A DNA stretch of 64,000 nucleotides from positions 1 to 64,000 of the IMG/VR virus record IMGVR_UViG_3300021963_004264; one strand, 5' to 3'. The translations under genes and the position numbers were made by a program. Source of the DNA: a virus. Below are positions 46,318 to 56,479 of this stretch, one piece after another. The notes beneath the pieces are model-generated. The model had not been told where the DNA came from. It made no database searches and saw only the letters and a program-made list of their open reading frames with translations. The number at the start of each line of letters is the position of its first letter. Position 1 is the first letter of the stretch.

Positions 46318-47712
46318 TCAAGTATTTGGCTTTCTCATCCACCAATCGTATAGTTCGTTGTCGGCTTTGTATATGTCTTCGATGCGTAAAGGCTGTTCTG
46401 GACGAATATCAGCAATCTTATCCTGCCAGTTGCGTCCTTTGAAGAAACTGGCTTCAGCTTGATCTGGCCACTGTTCTTGGAACGTAGGTGTTACTAACAT
46501 ATTCTCTAGTTCACGTATTAGTGTTTGTTGTTTATGTGTAGCACGTGGTACAATATAATCTAAATTTTCTTTAATGATACGATCTAAAATGTGTCTCGGC
46601 CAAGCCATAGGACTAAACACAATGTCGGAATGAAATGCAAACATACGTTTAGTTTCAATTTTAACATCTAATTCTAATGCATAATTAAAGAAAGTTTTTA
46701 AATCAAACATACCTGGGCCAGTTAATGTAAGATCCATGAGCATACGATCTTTACCTCCTGGTAGTGCTACACCTTCACGGAAGTTACGATCCCATTCATT
46801 CCACTTTAACCCAGTACGGATAAATTCACCAATAGTACCAGTACCATCAATACTAGCGCACATAGTCCAGTCCTTGGCTTGTGGTAACCAATCATACAAA
46901 TAGTGATTATTAAATCTTACTCTGCTTAAGTTACTGTTATAACGTAAATGTACTTTTTTAAGATTGTCGTCTTGCGATAAACGATCCATTGCACGCCAGT
47001 GAATATCATACATCAATGGTTCACCGCCGACCCAATAAATTTCCTCTACAATACCTCGACAGATGGCATCCCAAAATTCTTCTTCTACAACTTCTTTTTG
47101 GAATTTCTCAATGATCTTTTTATTTTCGGGGACCATGAAAGGTTGGTTTTCTGGACTCCAGAGACCGTGCTTTTTCTTTTCTGCTTCCCAGCTTGAAGAA
47201 AGAGGTTCACCACACATACGACACTTAAAATTGCATAAATTACTGACCCTATAGTCAAAGCTAATAGGCTCCATACGAGTAGTTCCATCATCATCTGTCT
47301 CCTCGAACGCTTGTTCGATCTTGTCCTTAAATAAAAATCCTGTAAACCACTGGCGATAAGTGCTTTGACTTAAAATGCTATCATTACATACTGCACATTG
47401 TGGTATTGTTTCCCCGGACATTAGCTTCTTGCGAATGTCCTTCATATAATCACTATTCCAGTGTTCGTGTAAACTTACTGGTTTATAATCGTCAATAGTG
47501 CCTACTTCTTTATACTTGCCGGTGCTCTTGTCGTTGCTAGCGTCAATGTATTGACGCTGCATCATATGTTCTTCGCGACTAGCACAGCACATGCGTCGCT
47601 CGCTTTGAGGACTAATGTACGTATGCGTCCATGGCGCCATACAAAATGTTTTGTTAGGAGATTCTGGACTCATTTGCCCATGTTCCCAAATTGGTTTAAT
47701 TCTTTTTGTCAT
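46318..47712 (-). CDS. radical SAM protein with N-terminal twitch/SPASM-like domain
   Basis: FCMAPWTH..MCC..CAVC; CNFKCRMC; GGEP. Confidence 0.9.
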   Translation of the reverse strand: MTKRIKPIWEHGQMSPESPNKTFCMAPWTHTYISPQSERRMCCASREEHMMQRQYIDASNDKSTGKYKEVGTIDDYKPVSLHEHWNSDYMKDIRKKLMSGETIPQCAVCNDSILSQSTYRQWFTGFLFKDKIEQAFEETDDDGTTRMEPISFDYRVSNLCNFKCRMCGEPLSSSWEAEKKKHGLWSPENQPFMVPENKKIIEKFQKEVVEEEFWDAICRGIVEEIYWVGGEPLMYDIHWRAMDRLSQDDNLKKVHLRYNSNLSRVRFNNHYLYDWLPQAKDWTMCASIDGTGTIGEFIRTGLKWNEWDRNFREGVALPGGKDRMLMDLTLTGPGMFDLKTFFNYALELDVKIETKRMFAFHSDIVFSPMAWPRHILDRIIKENLDYIVPRATHKQQTLIRELENMLVTPTFQEQWPDQAEASFFKGRNWQDKIADIRPEQPLRIEDIYKADNELYDWWMRKPNT

Positions 47713-47930
47713 AGTTTTTGTATATCTATTACGCCGTAGTGATCCATTGTGGCTACTGTTATGTTATGTCGCTTAATTACTGCAAATACTAAATCAATCA
47801 TTACCTGACTGTTGCCGCAAATTATTTTTAAAGGCACTAATTTTTGATTCATGAAAATAAAGTTTTCCACTATGCGATCAACGTCATGATGTCTTACTCC
47901 GTGTAAATCTAATGTATTATTTTTACCCAT
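47709..47930 (-). CDS. stand-alone minimal Smr-like domain protein
   Basis: TLDLHGVRH, IICG. Confidence 0.6.
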   Translation of the reverse strand: MGKNNTLDLHGVRHHDVDRIVENFIFMNQKLVPLKIICGNSQVMIDLVFAVIKRHNITVATMDHYGVIDIQKL

Positions 47931-48663
47931 TTGCAATCTCTAGTATTTCTAAATTTTTAAAGTAATCATAAAATTGTTGAGGTGTTAACAAGGCTGCATT
48001 ATCACTATCTTCATCGCCCAGATACTTTTCAATAAATTCTACACCTTTATATGCAACTGCAACACTAGGGAATATGCCTACATCTTTACTTTCGTACCCT
48101 ACAGTATAACCTTGCTGTATTAATTTATCTAGTTCGTTTAAATGAATTTCATTGATCTCAGGCGGAAAATTTTCTGTAGTGTAATATACTTGCAGATTCT
48201 TTCTACCTTTACCATATAGTGTTTGGTAGTCTTCATTGTGTTTGTAACTAAAGATAACTTCTGTAAAATTATTTTTGCAAAATCTAGATAGTTCGTAAAT
48301 GTTGACAGCACTGTTATGAAGCTTAATAACTTTAGCATCACAATACTCTTTTACAAATTCTGCCGCATTACTGTCAGTAACACTCCATATAACGGGTATA
48401 CCTATTCTATTTGCTAAATTGCTAATATGTTCAGCTGAATTTATATCTATCTCACTACGTTTAGCAACTTCAATATATGGTAAATGCCCCCAGCGACTTG
48501 GTATAGAAACATATTTCTTTTCTTCCGGTATAAGCAAACTAGGTGTGCTTTTGCTAATTACAACTGCATCAGCATTACACTGTGCAGCCGCAATTAGTCT
48601 TGCTTCTAAGACACTAATTTTATTTTCGTGTCCTACACCTATGTTAGCATATAGTTTAGCCAT
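47923..48663 (-). CDS. NeuB/SpsE-like nonulosonate synthase family protein (degenerate)
   Basis: ANIGVGH (cf. AEIGxNH), ADAV, IEKY, D..ALLTP. Confidence 0.7.
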   Translation of the reverse strand: MAKLYANIGVGHENKISVLEARLIAAAQCNADAVVISKSTPSLLIPEEKKYVSIPSRWGHLPYIEVAKRSEIDINSAEHISNLANRIGIPVIWSVTDSNAAEFVKEYCDAKVIKLHNSAVNIYELSRFCKNNFTEVIFSYKHNEDYQTLYGKGRKNLQVYYTTENFPPEINEIHLNELDKLIQQGYTVGYESKDVGIFPSVAVAYKGVEFIEKYLGDEDSDNAALLTPQQFYDYFKNLEILEIANG

Positions 48664-50332
48664 TGCCTTCTACACCACCTAAACCATCTAATTCTGTATC
48701 CCAGCCAATGCTACTGCCACCAATTTTTTTCATCATTTCAGCACGAGCTTCAGGGTCTAATGGATTGTCGTACCAGTCTGCACTTTCACCTGTCTTACGA
48801 TCACGCTTACGAACTTCCTCTACAACAACTTCACCATCTTCGCTTACTGTACGATGTGCATAAACAGCACCGTCTTTAGCTAATGTCTTTGGTTGCTGGA
48901 TATCCATTTCTTTTTTCACTAGTGGCAGAACTTTGATGTTATCATAGAACTCTACTAGATTAGGAAATGTTTTGCGGAAGTCTTTGCCGCGACGTGCATC
49001 ATACTGCTCATGGAATACTTTAAAGTCATGCTCTAGTAGTTCACGGTCAGCAGTATTACGATGCGGTGTTTTAACAACGTCTAGATACTCAATAAGACGA
49101 CTTAGCTGATCCTGCTCCCAAGGTTGCACCAACTGTAGTCCATTAGCATCACGCTCGTCCTTTTCACGTACTTCTTTAAGCCAGTTAAAGATTTGGTCGT
49201 GATACTTTTTACGTAACTCATCTGGTAGTGTTAATGGACTTTGGAAACTAGGGAAGCGTAGAATGTTGCAAGTAAAGCCTGGACGATTATGTCCGTACTT
49301 GCGCTTCATTGACAGCATCCAGTTTAAAAAGTCTACAATACTATCTAAGCACAGCGCATTAATGGTCATCATCATGTGCAAGCCTTCGATACGTGCTTCA
49401 CTACACATACGTTCAAAGTTATGTGTCCATTCTTCCCAGTTTAGTCCGTCGCGAATATATTCAGCTTGTGGGCCGTATGCTTCGCAACTAGTATACAAGT
49501 GGAAACGATTAATATACTGTGTACCGGCAATTAACTTGTCAATAAGGTCTTTCTTAGAACCTAAGTTACTGTTAATAGCTAAACGCATTTTTTGTGCTTG
49601 CGGTGTATCAGCGTTTTCTTTAAACCAATCAAACAGTTTATAGATGTCAGGAGTCATTGTAGGTTCACCACCAGTAACACGAATTTCTTCTAGCTCTTGG
49701 CTAAGTTCAGGCCACCAACGCCAGAACGCATCTACATATGGATTAAAGTCATCTCTGTCAAATGGTTCTGCATAAGGTGCATCGTCAATAAAATGCCCAC
49801 GTGCATCGCTACGGATATTATGGTAACCGCCATTATTTCGAATGTCTTTTACCCATGTAGTACTGAAAGCAGGATTACAATAGCTACATGCGAACTGACA
49901 AGTTCTATTAAAGGAAATTTCTAAAGTCTTAAGACCAACGTCTGCATCTGGATTTAGTTTAGCAATCTTCATCAAGTCTTCATCTTCATAGATAACAGTC
50001 TTGTATGTACGATCACTTACAGGCTCGTTGCCGTCAGCATCCTTGCCCATATCCTCAATCTTCCAGCAGTATTCACATTCTTTGGGACGCTTGCCTTCCT
50101 GCATCATTTGACGCATTTTCTTTTTGTGCTTGGTATTGTGAATAGCAGTAGGATTAGTTTTGATTTCTTCTAAATCAATTTGGTGTGCGGGAGGGTGATG
50201 GCAACTAGTAGTGCCACCATGCCCTAGCCAAATAGTAGCATTAAGCCACTTAGCCGCACAGAATGATTCCGAAACCGGATCAATCATTCTCTTCTTAAAC
50301 TCTCTGTGGCTTTCGCCTTGCTTACGTCCCAT
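48656..50332 (-). CDS. radical SAM protein with N-terminal twitch-like domain (CHH subgroup)
   Basis: FCAAKW..SCHHPP..CEYCW; CQFACSYC; GGEP. Confidence 0.9.
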   Translation of the reverse strand: MGRKQGESHREFKKRMIDPVSESFCAAKWLNATIWLGHGGTTSCHHPPAHQIDLEEIKTNPTAIHNTKHKKKMRQMMQEGKRPKECEYCWKIEDMGKDADGNEPVSDRTYKTVIYEDEDLMKIAKLNPDADVGLKTLEISFNRTCQFACSYCNPAFSTTWVKDIRNNGGYHNIRSDARGHFIDDAPYAEPFDRDDFNPYVDAFWRWWPELSQELEEIRVTGGEPTMTPDIYKLFDWFKENADTPQAQKMRLAINSNLGSKKDLIDKLIAGTQYINRFHLYTSCEAYGPQAEYIRDGLNWEEWTHNFERMCSEARIEGLHMMMTINALCLDSIVDFLNWMLSMKRKYGHNRPGFTCNILRFPSFQSPLTLPDELRKKYHDQIFNWLKEVREKDERDANGLQLVQPWEQDQLSRLIEYLDVVKTPHRNTADRELLEHDFKVFHEQYDARRGKDFRKTFPNLVEFYDNIKVLPLVKKEMDIQQPKTLAKDGAVYAHRTVSEDGEVVVEEVRKRDRKTGESADWYDNPLDPEARAEMMKKIGGSSIGWDTELDGLGGVEGNG

Positions 50333-50342
50333 TGTGTGTCCT

Positions 50343-51878
50343 CTAAATCATTGCATTTGCTTCTTGGCAAATTTGCCACCAGTCTTCCATTTCCGGGAAC
50401 ACTGATAAAAAGTCTGTGTCTCTACGCTGATCATGTTGCGTAAAGAATTTATAAAAATTAGCTCGCGCTTTTAATACTTCTTCTTCACTTAACTTACTGC
50501 CCGCTTTCATCCATTCTAGATTACGACGAGCCTTATCAATTTCAAAATCCTTAAAGCCTCTATAGTCTATGTACTGCTCGTTGGCAGCATTAAGTTCCAT
50601 AAAAGCAATTGCTTCTTCTAAGTAGTCCTGGTACCATTCTGGCATTACTTGTATGCACTGCCAGTGTGGTGCTCGCAATAACGGAATATCAAACCAAATA
50701 CGTTGCTTAGGACGTATTTCGTAGTCAGGGTGTTTGTGTCCACCATTATCCGGTACTGGTATGTATTTAATGCCTTGGCGATCTTTAGCGAACTCTTCGC
50801 GGAGCTCTAGAATAAACTGTAGCCATTCTCGGAAGCTGGTTAAGCTAAGTGCATTAAATGTGTTAATAAATGTTATAGTGGTATTGTCTGTTTCACGTAG
50901 TACACGCAATACATTCTTCTTTAGCACTTCAAAGTCCATGCCGTTACGCATGTACTCTGCTTGCTTACCATAACCGTCACAGCTAACAAACACAGCGAAG
51001 TTCTTACAAGCCGGTGCTACATACCAGTTGTTTCCACTGTTTGGATTAAACTTCTGTGGATCTTCCCAAATTTGAATCTGTTCTAAACGCTGTAGCGATT
51101 CAATAAACTTGTCCATTAGCTGTGGCTTTGGTGGAACCATGTTTGATGTTACACTCATTTCTAGCCATGCGTTAGGATTTTTATACACATAGTCTAGTAC
51201 TTTAAAAGTATTTACGTCCATCAGTGGTTCACCACCTGTCATACGGAACACTTCTAGATTCTTGTATAACTCTGGCCACCATTTCCAGAACGCTTCTACA
51301 TATGGATTCTCATCCTGTGCTACACGCAAAGGCATTAGGCCTGCGCGAGCTAAACTTTCTGTGTTGTTATGCTCGCCACCCACAATTTGATATGGACCGT
51401 GATCTTTAATCTCTTGATGCCAGCTGGTGCTTAGATGCGGACTGCAATAACTGCATTTGAAGTTGCAGGCTTGGTTAAAGTTTACTTCTACATAGCGTGG
51501 GTTGATGTTGCCTTCCCAACCTGCTGTCTTAATATCTTCTTTAGCGTTCTGTGCCCAGTATTCGCCACTGCGGTAAACACGATCACTGCGGCCACCTACA
51601 TCTTCGATGCGCCAGCAGTAGCTACAACCAGCTGGGCGTTTTCCTTCCAGCATGTCTTTACGCTGTTCTTTTTTCTCAGATGTATTGTGTAGCGCACTGG
51701 GATTAGCCTTTAGTTCTTCTAGGTCAATTTTGTGCGTAGGCGGATGATAACAACTGTGTGTCATGCCGTTAGTCAAGTGCATAGATACCTGCGCCCACTT
51801 TGCATAACACATAGTAGGGCTAATAGCATCTAGTTCTTTTTGGGCGGCATCTGCTGCCTGTTCATAAATACTAGTCAT
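50343..51878 (-). CDS. radical SAM protein with N-terminal twitch-like domain (CYH subgroup)
   Basis: MCYAKW..SCYHPP..CSYCW; CNFKCSYC; GGEP. Confidence 0.9.
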   Translation of the reverse strand: MTSIYEQAADAAQKELDAISPTMCYAKWAQVSMHLTNGMTHSCYHPPTHKIDLEELKANPSALHNTSEKKEQRKDMLEGKRPAGCSYCWRIEDVGGRSDRVYRSGEYWAQNAKEDIKTAGWEGNINPRYVEVNFNQACNFKCSYCSPHLSTSWHQEIKDHGPYQIVGGEHNNTESLARAGLMPLRVAQDENPYVEAFWKWWPELYKNLEVFRMTGGEPLMDVNTFKVLDYVYKNPNAWLEMSVTSNMVPPKPQLMDKFIESLQRLEQIQIWEDPQKFNPNSGNNWYVAPACKNFAVFVSCDGYGKQAEYMRNGMDFEVLKKNVLRVLRETDNTTITFINTFNALSLTSFREWLQFILELREEFAKDRQGIKYIPVPDNGGHKHPDYEIRPKQRIWFDIPLLRAPHWQCIQVMPEWYQDYLEEAIAFMELNAANEQYIDYRGFKDFEIDKARRNLEWMKAGSKLSEEEVLKARANFYKFFTQHDQRRDTDFLSVFPEMEDWWQICQEANAMI

Positions 51879-52530
51879 AAATTTTAGTATAGTCCCAACC
51901 TTGATCCATAAATTTACTGTGTTGTTTCCAACGCATAATAACTCTATGCATATGTTCCCCGCCGGCTACCGACCAAATGTCGTTATTATTAAAGCCGTCA
52001 TTTAATAAATGGTCACTGATTAGTTTGGCATATTTTTGCTTTTTTTCTTGTGTCATATCACTTATACATGCGCCTGCAACTATTAAGCCTTTATCTTTTC
52101 CGCCTATTGTAAAAATAAGCTGTTGTTCAGAACTTCTTAATAATCTATATAGTATACAATCAGGAAAGTCTTTTTCGTAAGCGATAGTACTTGTAGAAAA
52201 AATAAACGTGCCTTTCATTTTATTTTCTAAGTATTTTAACAACGTTAGTTTAAACCAAAAACCTATTCTCCAAGAGTTTATAAAATTATCATACGTGTCT
52301 TTTTGTTCTATCAAAGGTCTAGTATAATCAAAATCGGCACCCTGAATATTTGCATTAAAAAATATTCTATCTGGAAGCTCTTTATTTTTTATAGATTCTA
52401 TGAATTCTTCTGGTTTACTATAATCAACATTATGTCGGCCGAATTTAATAACTTCGTGACCGGCGGCTTCTAAATCGGCAATAATGTATTTTGCATACTC
52501 TGAAGATGCACCAAAAAACCAATATTTCAT
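51871..52530 (-). CDS. degenerate short-chain dehydrogenase/reductase-like protein
   Basis: FGASS..A..L...GHEV..GR, FNA, FSTS, Y; catalytic K absent. Confidence 0.55.
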   Translation of the reverse strand: MKYWFFGASSEYAKYIIADLEAAGHEVIKFGRHNVDYSKPEEFIESIKNKELPDRIFFNANIQGADFDYTRPLIEQKDTYDNFINSWRIGFWFKLTLLKYLENKMKGTFIFSTSTIAYEKDFPDCILYRLLRSSEQQLIFTIGGKDKGLIVAGACISDMTQEKKQKYAKLISDHLLNDGFNNNDIWSVAGGEHMHRVIMRWKQHSKFMDQGWDYTKIYD

Positions 52531-53084
52531 TTTTTCTCTTCTTTGGTTCGGTCAAGCATCATTGAAATAGTAAATCTATCTACTGCGTTGTGATCTAGTA
52601 GTCCTACACTATGAAAACTTTTATCCAAAACTTTAAATAATAAAAGTTGATTAGGTTTCCCACCTATGTCAATCGGATCGTTGCCATACGTATCTGAATG
52701 AAATGTTGTACCACAAGCGTTGTTTAAATATAAAACACCTCTAATCGGCACATGTATCCAATGTGTATCATTATGAATATGTAATTTATTTCCAGCTGGA
52801 AGTAAGTTAACAGAAGACTTGTTTTCTATGCAGTTTTCTTGCCAAACCAGATTAATAGCATTTAACATTTCACTTTCATATTTTAATAATACTTCCATTA
52901 GTGGGTGGCCTGATAAAGACATAAAGCCTTCTAATTTATCATTAGTTACAAAATAATCCAATAAGTATTTTTTATGTGCTGCATCAAATAATTGAGGATC
53001 AAAAAAGTTGTCAATGAGTATGTACTCTGTGCCATGACAGACTTTTATATTTTCTCGACATATTTGATCAATGTTTAACAGCAT
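52527..53084 (-). CDS. 2OG-Fe(II) oxygenase
   Basis: IDNFF, HND, VLYLN, GT.F, FHSV, RFT. Confidence 0.75.
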   Translation of the reverse strand: MLLNIDQICRENIKVCHGTEYILIDNFFDPQLFDAAHKKYLLDYFVTNDKLEGFMSLSGHPLMEVLLKYESEMLNAINLVWQENCIENKSSVNLLPAGNKLHIHNDTHWIHVPIRGVLYLNNACGTTFHSDTYGNDPIDIGGKPNQLLLFKVLDKSFHSVGLLDHNAVDRFTISMMLDRTKEEKK

Positions 53085-54079
53085 TATAACAAGCCTTTTT
53101 CCAGCAGTTCTTGGATCTGTTTTTCTCGAATCATTACACCCCAACGGCGTGGATTTACATAAGTTTTTTTAAAGAACTCACACATTTTTGGATTAGGATC
53201 AAACAACATCATTTTGTTGATATCTTCATTTAGTTCTTGTCCTAGAGTACATATTGCATTATACAACATTTCTTTGTTCCACGCAACCTTTGTATAGCGG
53301 CAAACTGTGTCGCCTGCAAACTGTGGAGCGATTTCTTTATTAAAATAATCTTTAAACCACTCATAGTCTGAAATTTGATTAGTGTCCCAATCTGTTAATA
53401 CAGTTTTTTGACAGCCTAACCTAGCGCCGTAGATTGCCCACAACCCATTTTCAACATCGCTACCGATATTGCACCACGTTTGTAATCTGTTATAATTTTG
53501 CCACCAAATTTTATCTGCAAACTCATCTGCACGTACTTTTCGTCCTTGGTCTAGACTCATCTTTACGCCTTCACGGAAGCCTGCACGAAAAGCCTGGAAC
53601 GGACTGGCTGTTTGATGTACTTCACTAAATGTGTCGTTGAGCTGAATATAGTTTAACTTCCAGCAGAACTCCATGCCTTCGCCATCGCCTGCTGACTCGT
53701 GTGTTTGCATCTGTAGTGCATACTCTTTGGGCCAACACTTAAGACCACCGTTGCCATATACTAATCCGTTTAGTAGGTTCTTAGCGTTCCAGCTAAAGAT
53801 GCTTTCGCTAATGTTGTTGCCGTCATGGTCTGTATCGGGTACATCTAGCACCTGTTCAAAGAAATCATCCATTACGATATTATCACCGTCTACAGTAATA
53901 AAACGTTCAGTTTCACTTTGTGCGGCAGCGGCTTTGTGCGCGGCATCGAACCCTTTAACACCGTGAACTCGTTTTGCCCAAGGTACCTTGTTAAGCAAGT
54001 CTGCCCAATTTTCTTCCGCATTGGGTTCATCGTAAGAGATATAAAAGATGTCTAGTTCAGTAACATCAATTTTGGCCAT
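53084..54079 (-). CDS. GT-A-like glycosyltransferase
   Basis: DIFYISYDE, VHGVKGFDAAH, TVDGD (DxD), YGNGGLK, GFREGVK. Confidence 0.7.
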   Translation of the reverse strand: MAKIDVTELDIFYISYDEPNAEENWADLLNKVPWAKRVHGVKGFDAAHKAAAAQSETERFITVDGDNIVMDDFFEQVLDVPDTDHDGNNISESIFSWNAKNLLNGLVYGNGGLKCWPKEYALQMQTHESAGDGEGMEFCWKLNYIQLNDTFSEVHQTASPFQAFRAGFREGVKMSLDQGRKVRADEFADKIWWQNYNRLQTWCNIGSDVENGLWAIYGARLGCQKTVLTDWDTNQISDYEWFKDYFNKEIAPQFAGDTVCRYTKVAWNKEMLYNAICTLGQELNEDINKMMLFDPNPKMCEFFKKTYVNPRRWGVMIREKQIQELLEKGLL

Positions 54080-54115
54080 ATGTGTGTCCTATATTAAGTA
54101 CACACATATTTATCA
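54078..54115 (-). promoter_or_regulatory. late promoter TGATAAATA overlapping a 10 bp RBS/AUG-occluding hairpin
   Basis: ATATGTGTGT/ACACACATAT inverted repeat at 54078-54087 and 54100-54109. Confidence 0.65.
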
Positions 54116-54161
54116 TGTTATTTGAAGGTATCTATCAAAGGCTGGCCCATATACGCCTAAT

Positions 54162-54818
54162 CTAAACTTCTCTTGAATATTTTTCGAATGCTTTAACAGT
54201 ATAAATGCTACATTCTAATGGGATGTCTTTGATTTTAATGGTTAGCAGTTTATTAGTTAATAGTTGACGTAACGACACATATTCACTGTGTAACATTATG
54301 TGTGGATCGTTTTTTGCTGTAAAATAAAATTTTAAAATTTTATGTCCATTTGCGGTTGCAGTAAAAGGATCTATATCTTTATATTTTTGTAAAATATTAT
54401 CGTTAAGCTCAATGATAAATTGATTTTTTGTTAATGTACATTTACAGTCAAAATCATCGTTATGGTCAATAAGCATAAGCGAATTATTTTCAGCTGATAC
54501 TATAGTACTCTCTAAAGGCCTAGATTCTATACTATAAAGATTGTCAACTAGCAAATCCTTTTTTACAAAGAAAAGATTCCAATTTTTACCTTCGAGAATT
54601 TGTAGTTGGTTATCGTCGAATTCTCGAAACTGCCACTCTGGGTTTGCTTCTATTTCTTCTTTAGTAATAGAAACAATTGTTCCATCATTTAAAAAATATA
54701 CTTTTGGCTTTTTTGAAAGTTCTTGCTTCATCAAGGCAGCAAAACTTCCGCCAGCAGATTCTTTTGACGCTAAAAACCTTAATCTTCGTTCTTCAGCTTC
54801 TTTAGATACCATAATCAT
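54162..54818 (-). CDS. hypothetical protein
   Basis: 218 aa, FYFTAKNDPH. Confidence 0.7.
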   Translation of the reverse strand: MIMVSKEAEERRLRFLASKESAGGSFAALMKQELSKKPKVYFLNDGTIVSITKEEIEANPEWQFREFDDNQLQILEGKNWNLFFVKKDLLVDNLYSIESRPLESTIVSAENNSLMLIDHNDDFDCKCTLTKNQFIIELNDNILQKYKDIDPFTATANGHKILKFYFTAKNDPHIMLHSEYVSLRQLLTNKLLTIKIKDIPLECSIYTVKAFEKYSREV

Positions 54819-55665
54819 TTTCCATTTGTTTAATCATTTTTAGTGTTAGCCAGTCCTTTTCAACATAATGAAATGGCAACAACTGTTGGAAGTTTCCTAC
54901 TTTGAAATCAGTATAAGTGTTATAGTAAGTAGGTATAGTTTCAGTCCAGTTATGGCTTATTATCGATGTTGGTACGTTTTGTACATGGCTTTTCATATGT
55001 ACAAAGGTAGGAACGGCGTCAATGTTTTCTCTAGTACATTCATGTTCAATGCCCAATAGTTGCATAGCTAGTGCAAATGCAACATCGCCACTCAGCCTGT
55101 CTGGTTTACCTTCGGGCATATACTTGTAAAAGAAACGCTGCCAATGCTGGAACACAATTTCTGTCATAGCAAATAATTCACTAGCCAGTTCGCTTTTCTT
55201 AAAATAAAAGAAAGCTGTATACACATTAGGTAAATTATTTTTTACAAAATATTCTCTATAATAATTACTGCTAACAATTTCACCGCGAAAAGTACGTACT
55301 TTGGTAGTAGCCCACACATCACGTTGTGATAATATATCCCACCAATGGCTGACATCTGTTGGAAATAACATATCAGTATCTAATACAACTGTTTCATCGT
55401 ATGGCGTCATATGTAGATATTTCCATTTATTGTTAATTTTCCAATCTTCGCCTTGTGCATCATCTTGCCAAGGAATGTCAACAATATAGTCAAATACCTG
55501 TTTGTGTTTGTTGGTGATTTTTTTCTTTGTTTCGGCATCAACACAAACGGTTAAATTATTAACACTGCTTTGTGTTAGTTTTAAATTTAACGCAAGAGCA
55601 TATGCCTGTTGAAGATAATCAACAGATGCATTATTTTGTGCTATTACAATATAGCCCTTACTCAT
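54802..55665 (-). CDS. GT-A (GT8-like) glycosyltransferase
   Basis: TPYDETVVLDTDML (DxD), YFKKS, D.AFALA, FVHMK. Confidence 0.75.
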   Translation of the reverse strand: MSKGYIVIAQNNASVDYLQQAYALALNLKLTQSSVNNLTVCVDAETKKKITNKHKQVFDYIVDIPWQDDAQGEDWKINNKWKYLHMTPYDETVVLDTDMLFPTDVSHWWDILSQRDVWATTKVRTFRGEIVSSNYYREYFVKNNLPNVYTAFFYFKKSELASELFAMTEIVFQHWQRFFYKYMPEGKPDRLSGDVAFALAMQLLGIEHECTRENIDAVPTFVHMKSHVQNVPTSIISHNWTETIPTYYNTYTDFKVGNFQQLLPFHYVEKDWLTLKMIKQMENDYGI

Positions 55666-56477
55666 TAAACACCTTCTTTAAATTCTGGACAGTAGTAGTC
55701 AACGAATCTGTTTTTAATATGTGGCAATATTATTTCTTTAGTAAAATATTCATGCATAATTCGTGTAGGATGATTATCAGGCCACTTTATTGTTTCTCCG
55801 TGTTCTTCAATTTTCACGTCAATTTGAGGGAAATCATTATCAGTCCAGTGTGTGTAGCACCATTCGTGCATACTGCCTACTGGTAACCAATGGCTCCAAT
55901 CAATAAGATCTCGCATCCAAATGACATTTGGATTTTTATAAAAATCTGTATCTTTAAAAACTTCTGATGTAAATGTAGTCATAAAATATTTAATACCTGC
56001 CAATTTTAAGTACGATTGTACCCAAAGAATTTTTTCATAGGTATTAACTCTATGATTAACAAAATCATGCAAATGCGAATAATAAATTTTAGATGTCTTT
56101 TCTTTCCAATGAGGATTCATAATTAACCAGCCGCCGGGATCGTCGTCGACATATGTTGTAGGATTAATAAACATACTATCTAAACTTTTAACATCATCAC
56201 TAAGCTGTCCTTTAATATTAGAAATATATGTGTCGTGCCTATCTGGTCCGCTCCACATAATACCTACTAGAATTTCGTCTGGCTTTGCACCTTGATCTAA
56301 TAATTGCTGTACAGCAAATATTGCTTTTCTAGCAATTAAACTATTACCTTGACTTGATAAACCCATGTGAACACAGTTAACATCGTACGATGCTTCTAAA
56401 TGTATTGGCCAGGTATAACGTGTGATAGCATCGCTAAAACTACAACCCGATGTAACTATATGTTTAAAGTTTTTCAT
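55665..56477 (-). CDS. SGNH/GDSL-like protein (GCS variant)
   Basis: SGCSFS, SQGN, MWSGPDR, DNHP. Confidence 0.65.
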   Translation of the reverse strand: MKNFKHIVTSGCSFSDAITRYTWPIHLEASYDVNCVHMGLSSQGNSLIARKAIFAVQQLLDQGAKPDEILVGIMWSGPDRHDTYISNIKGQLSDDVKSLDSMFINPTTYVDDDPGGWLIMNPHWKEKTSKIYYSHLHDFVNHRVNTYEKILWVQSYLKLAGIKYFMTTFTSEVFKDTDFYKNPNVIWMRDLIDWSHWLPVGSMHEWCYTHWTDNDFPQIDVKIEEHGETIKWPDNHPTRIMHEYFTKEIILPHIKNRFVDYYCPEFKEGV

Positions 56478-56479
56478 TT

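Noticed and set aside
36366-51878. Annotating the radical SAM genes as MoaA, PqqE or anaerobic sulfatase maturases
   Set aside because: The domain order is inverted and no moaC, pqq or sulfatase partners are present; the context is sugar enzymes.
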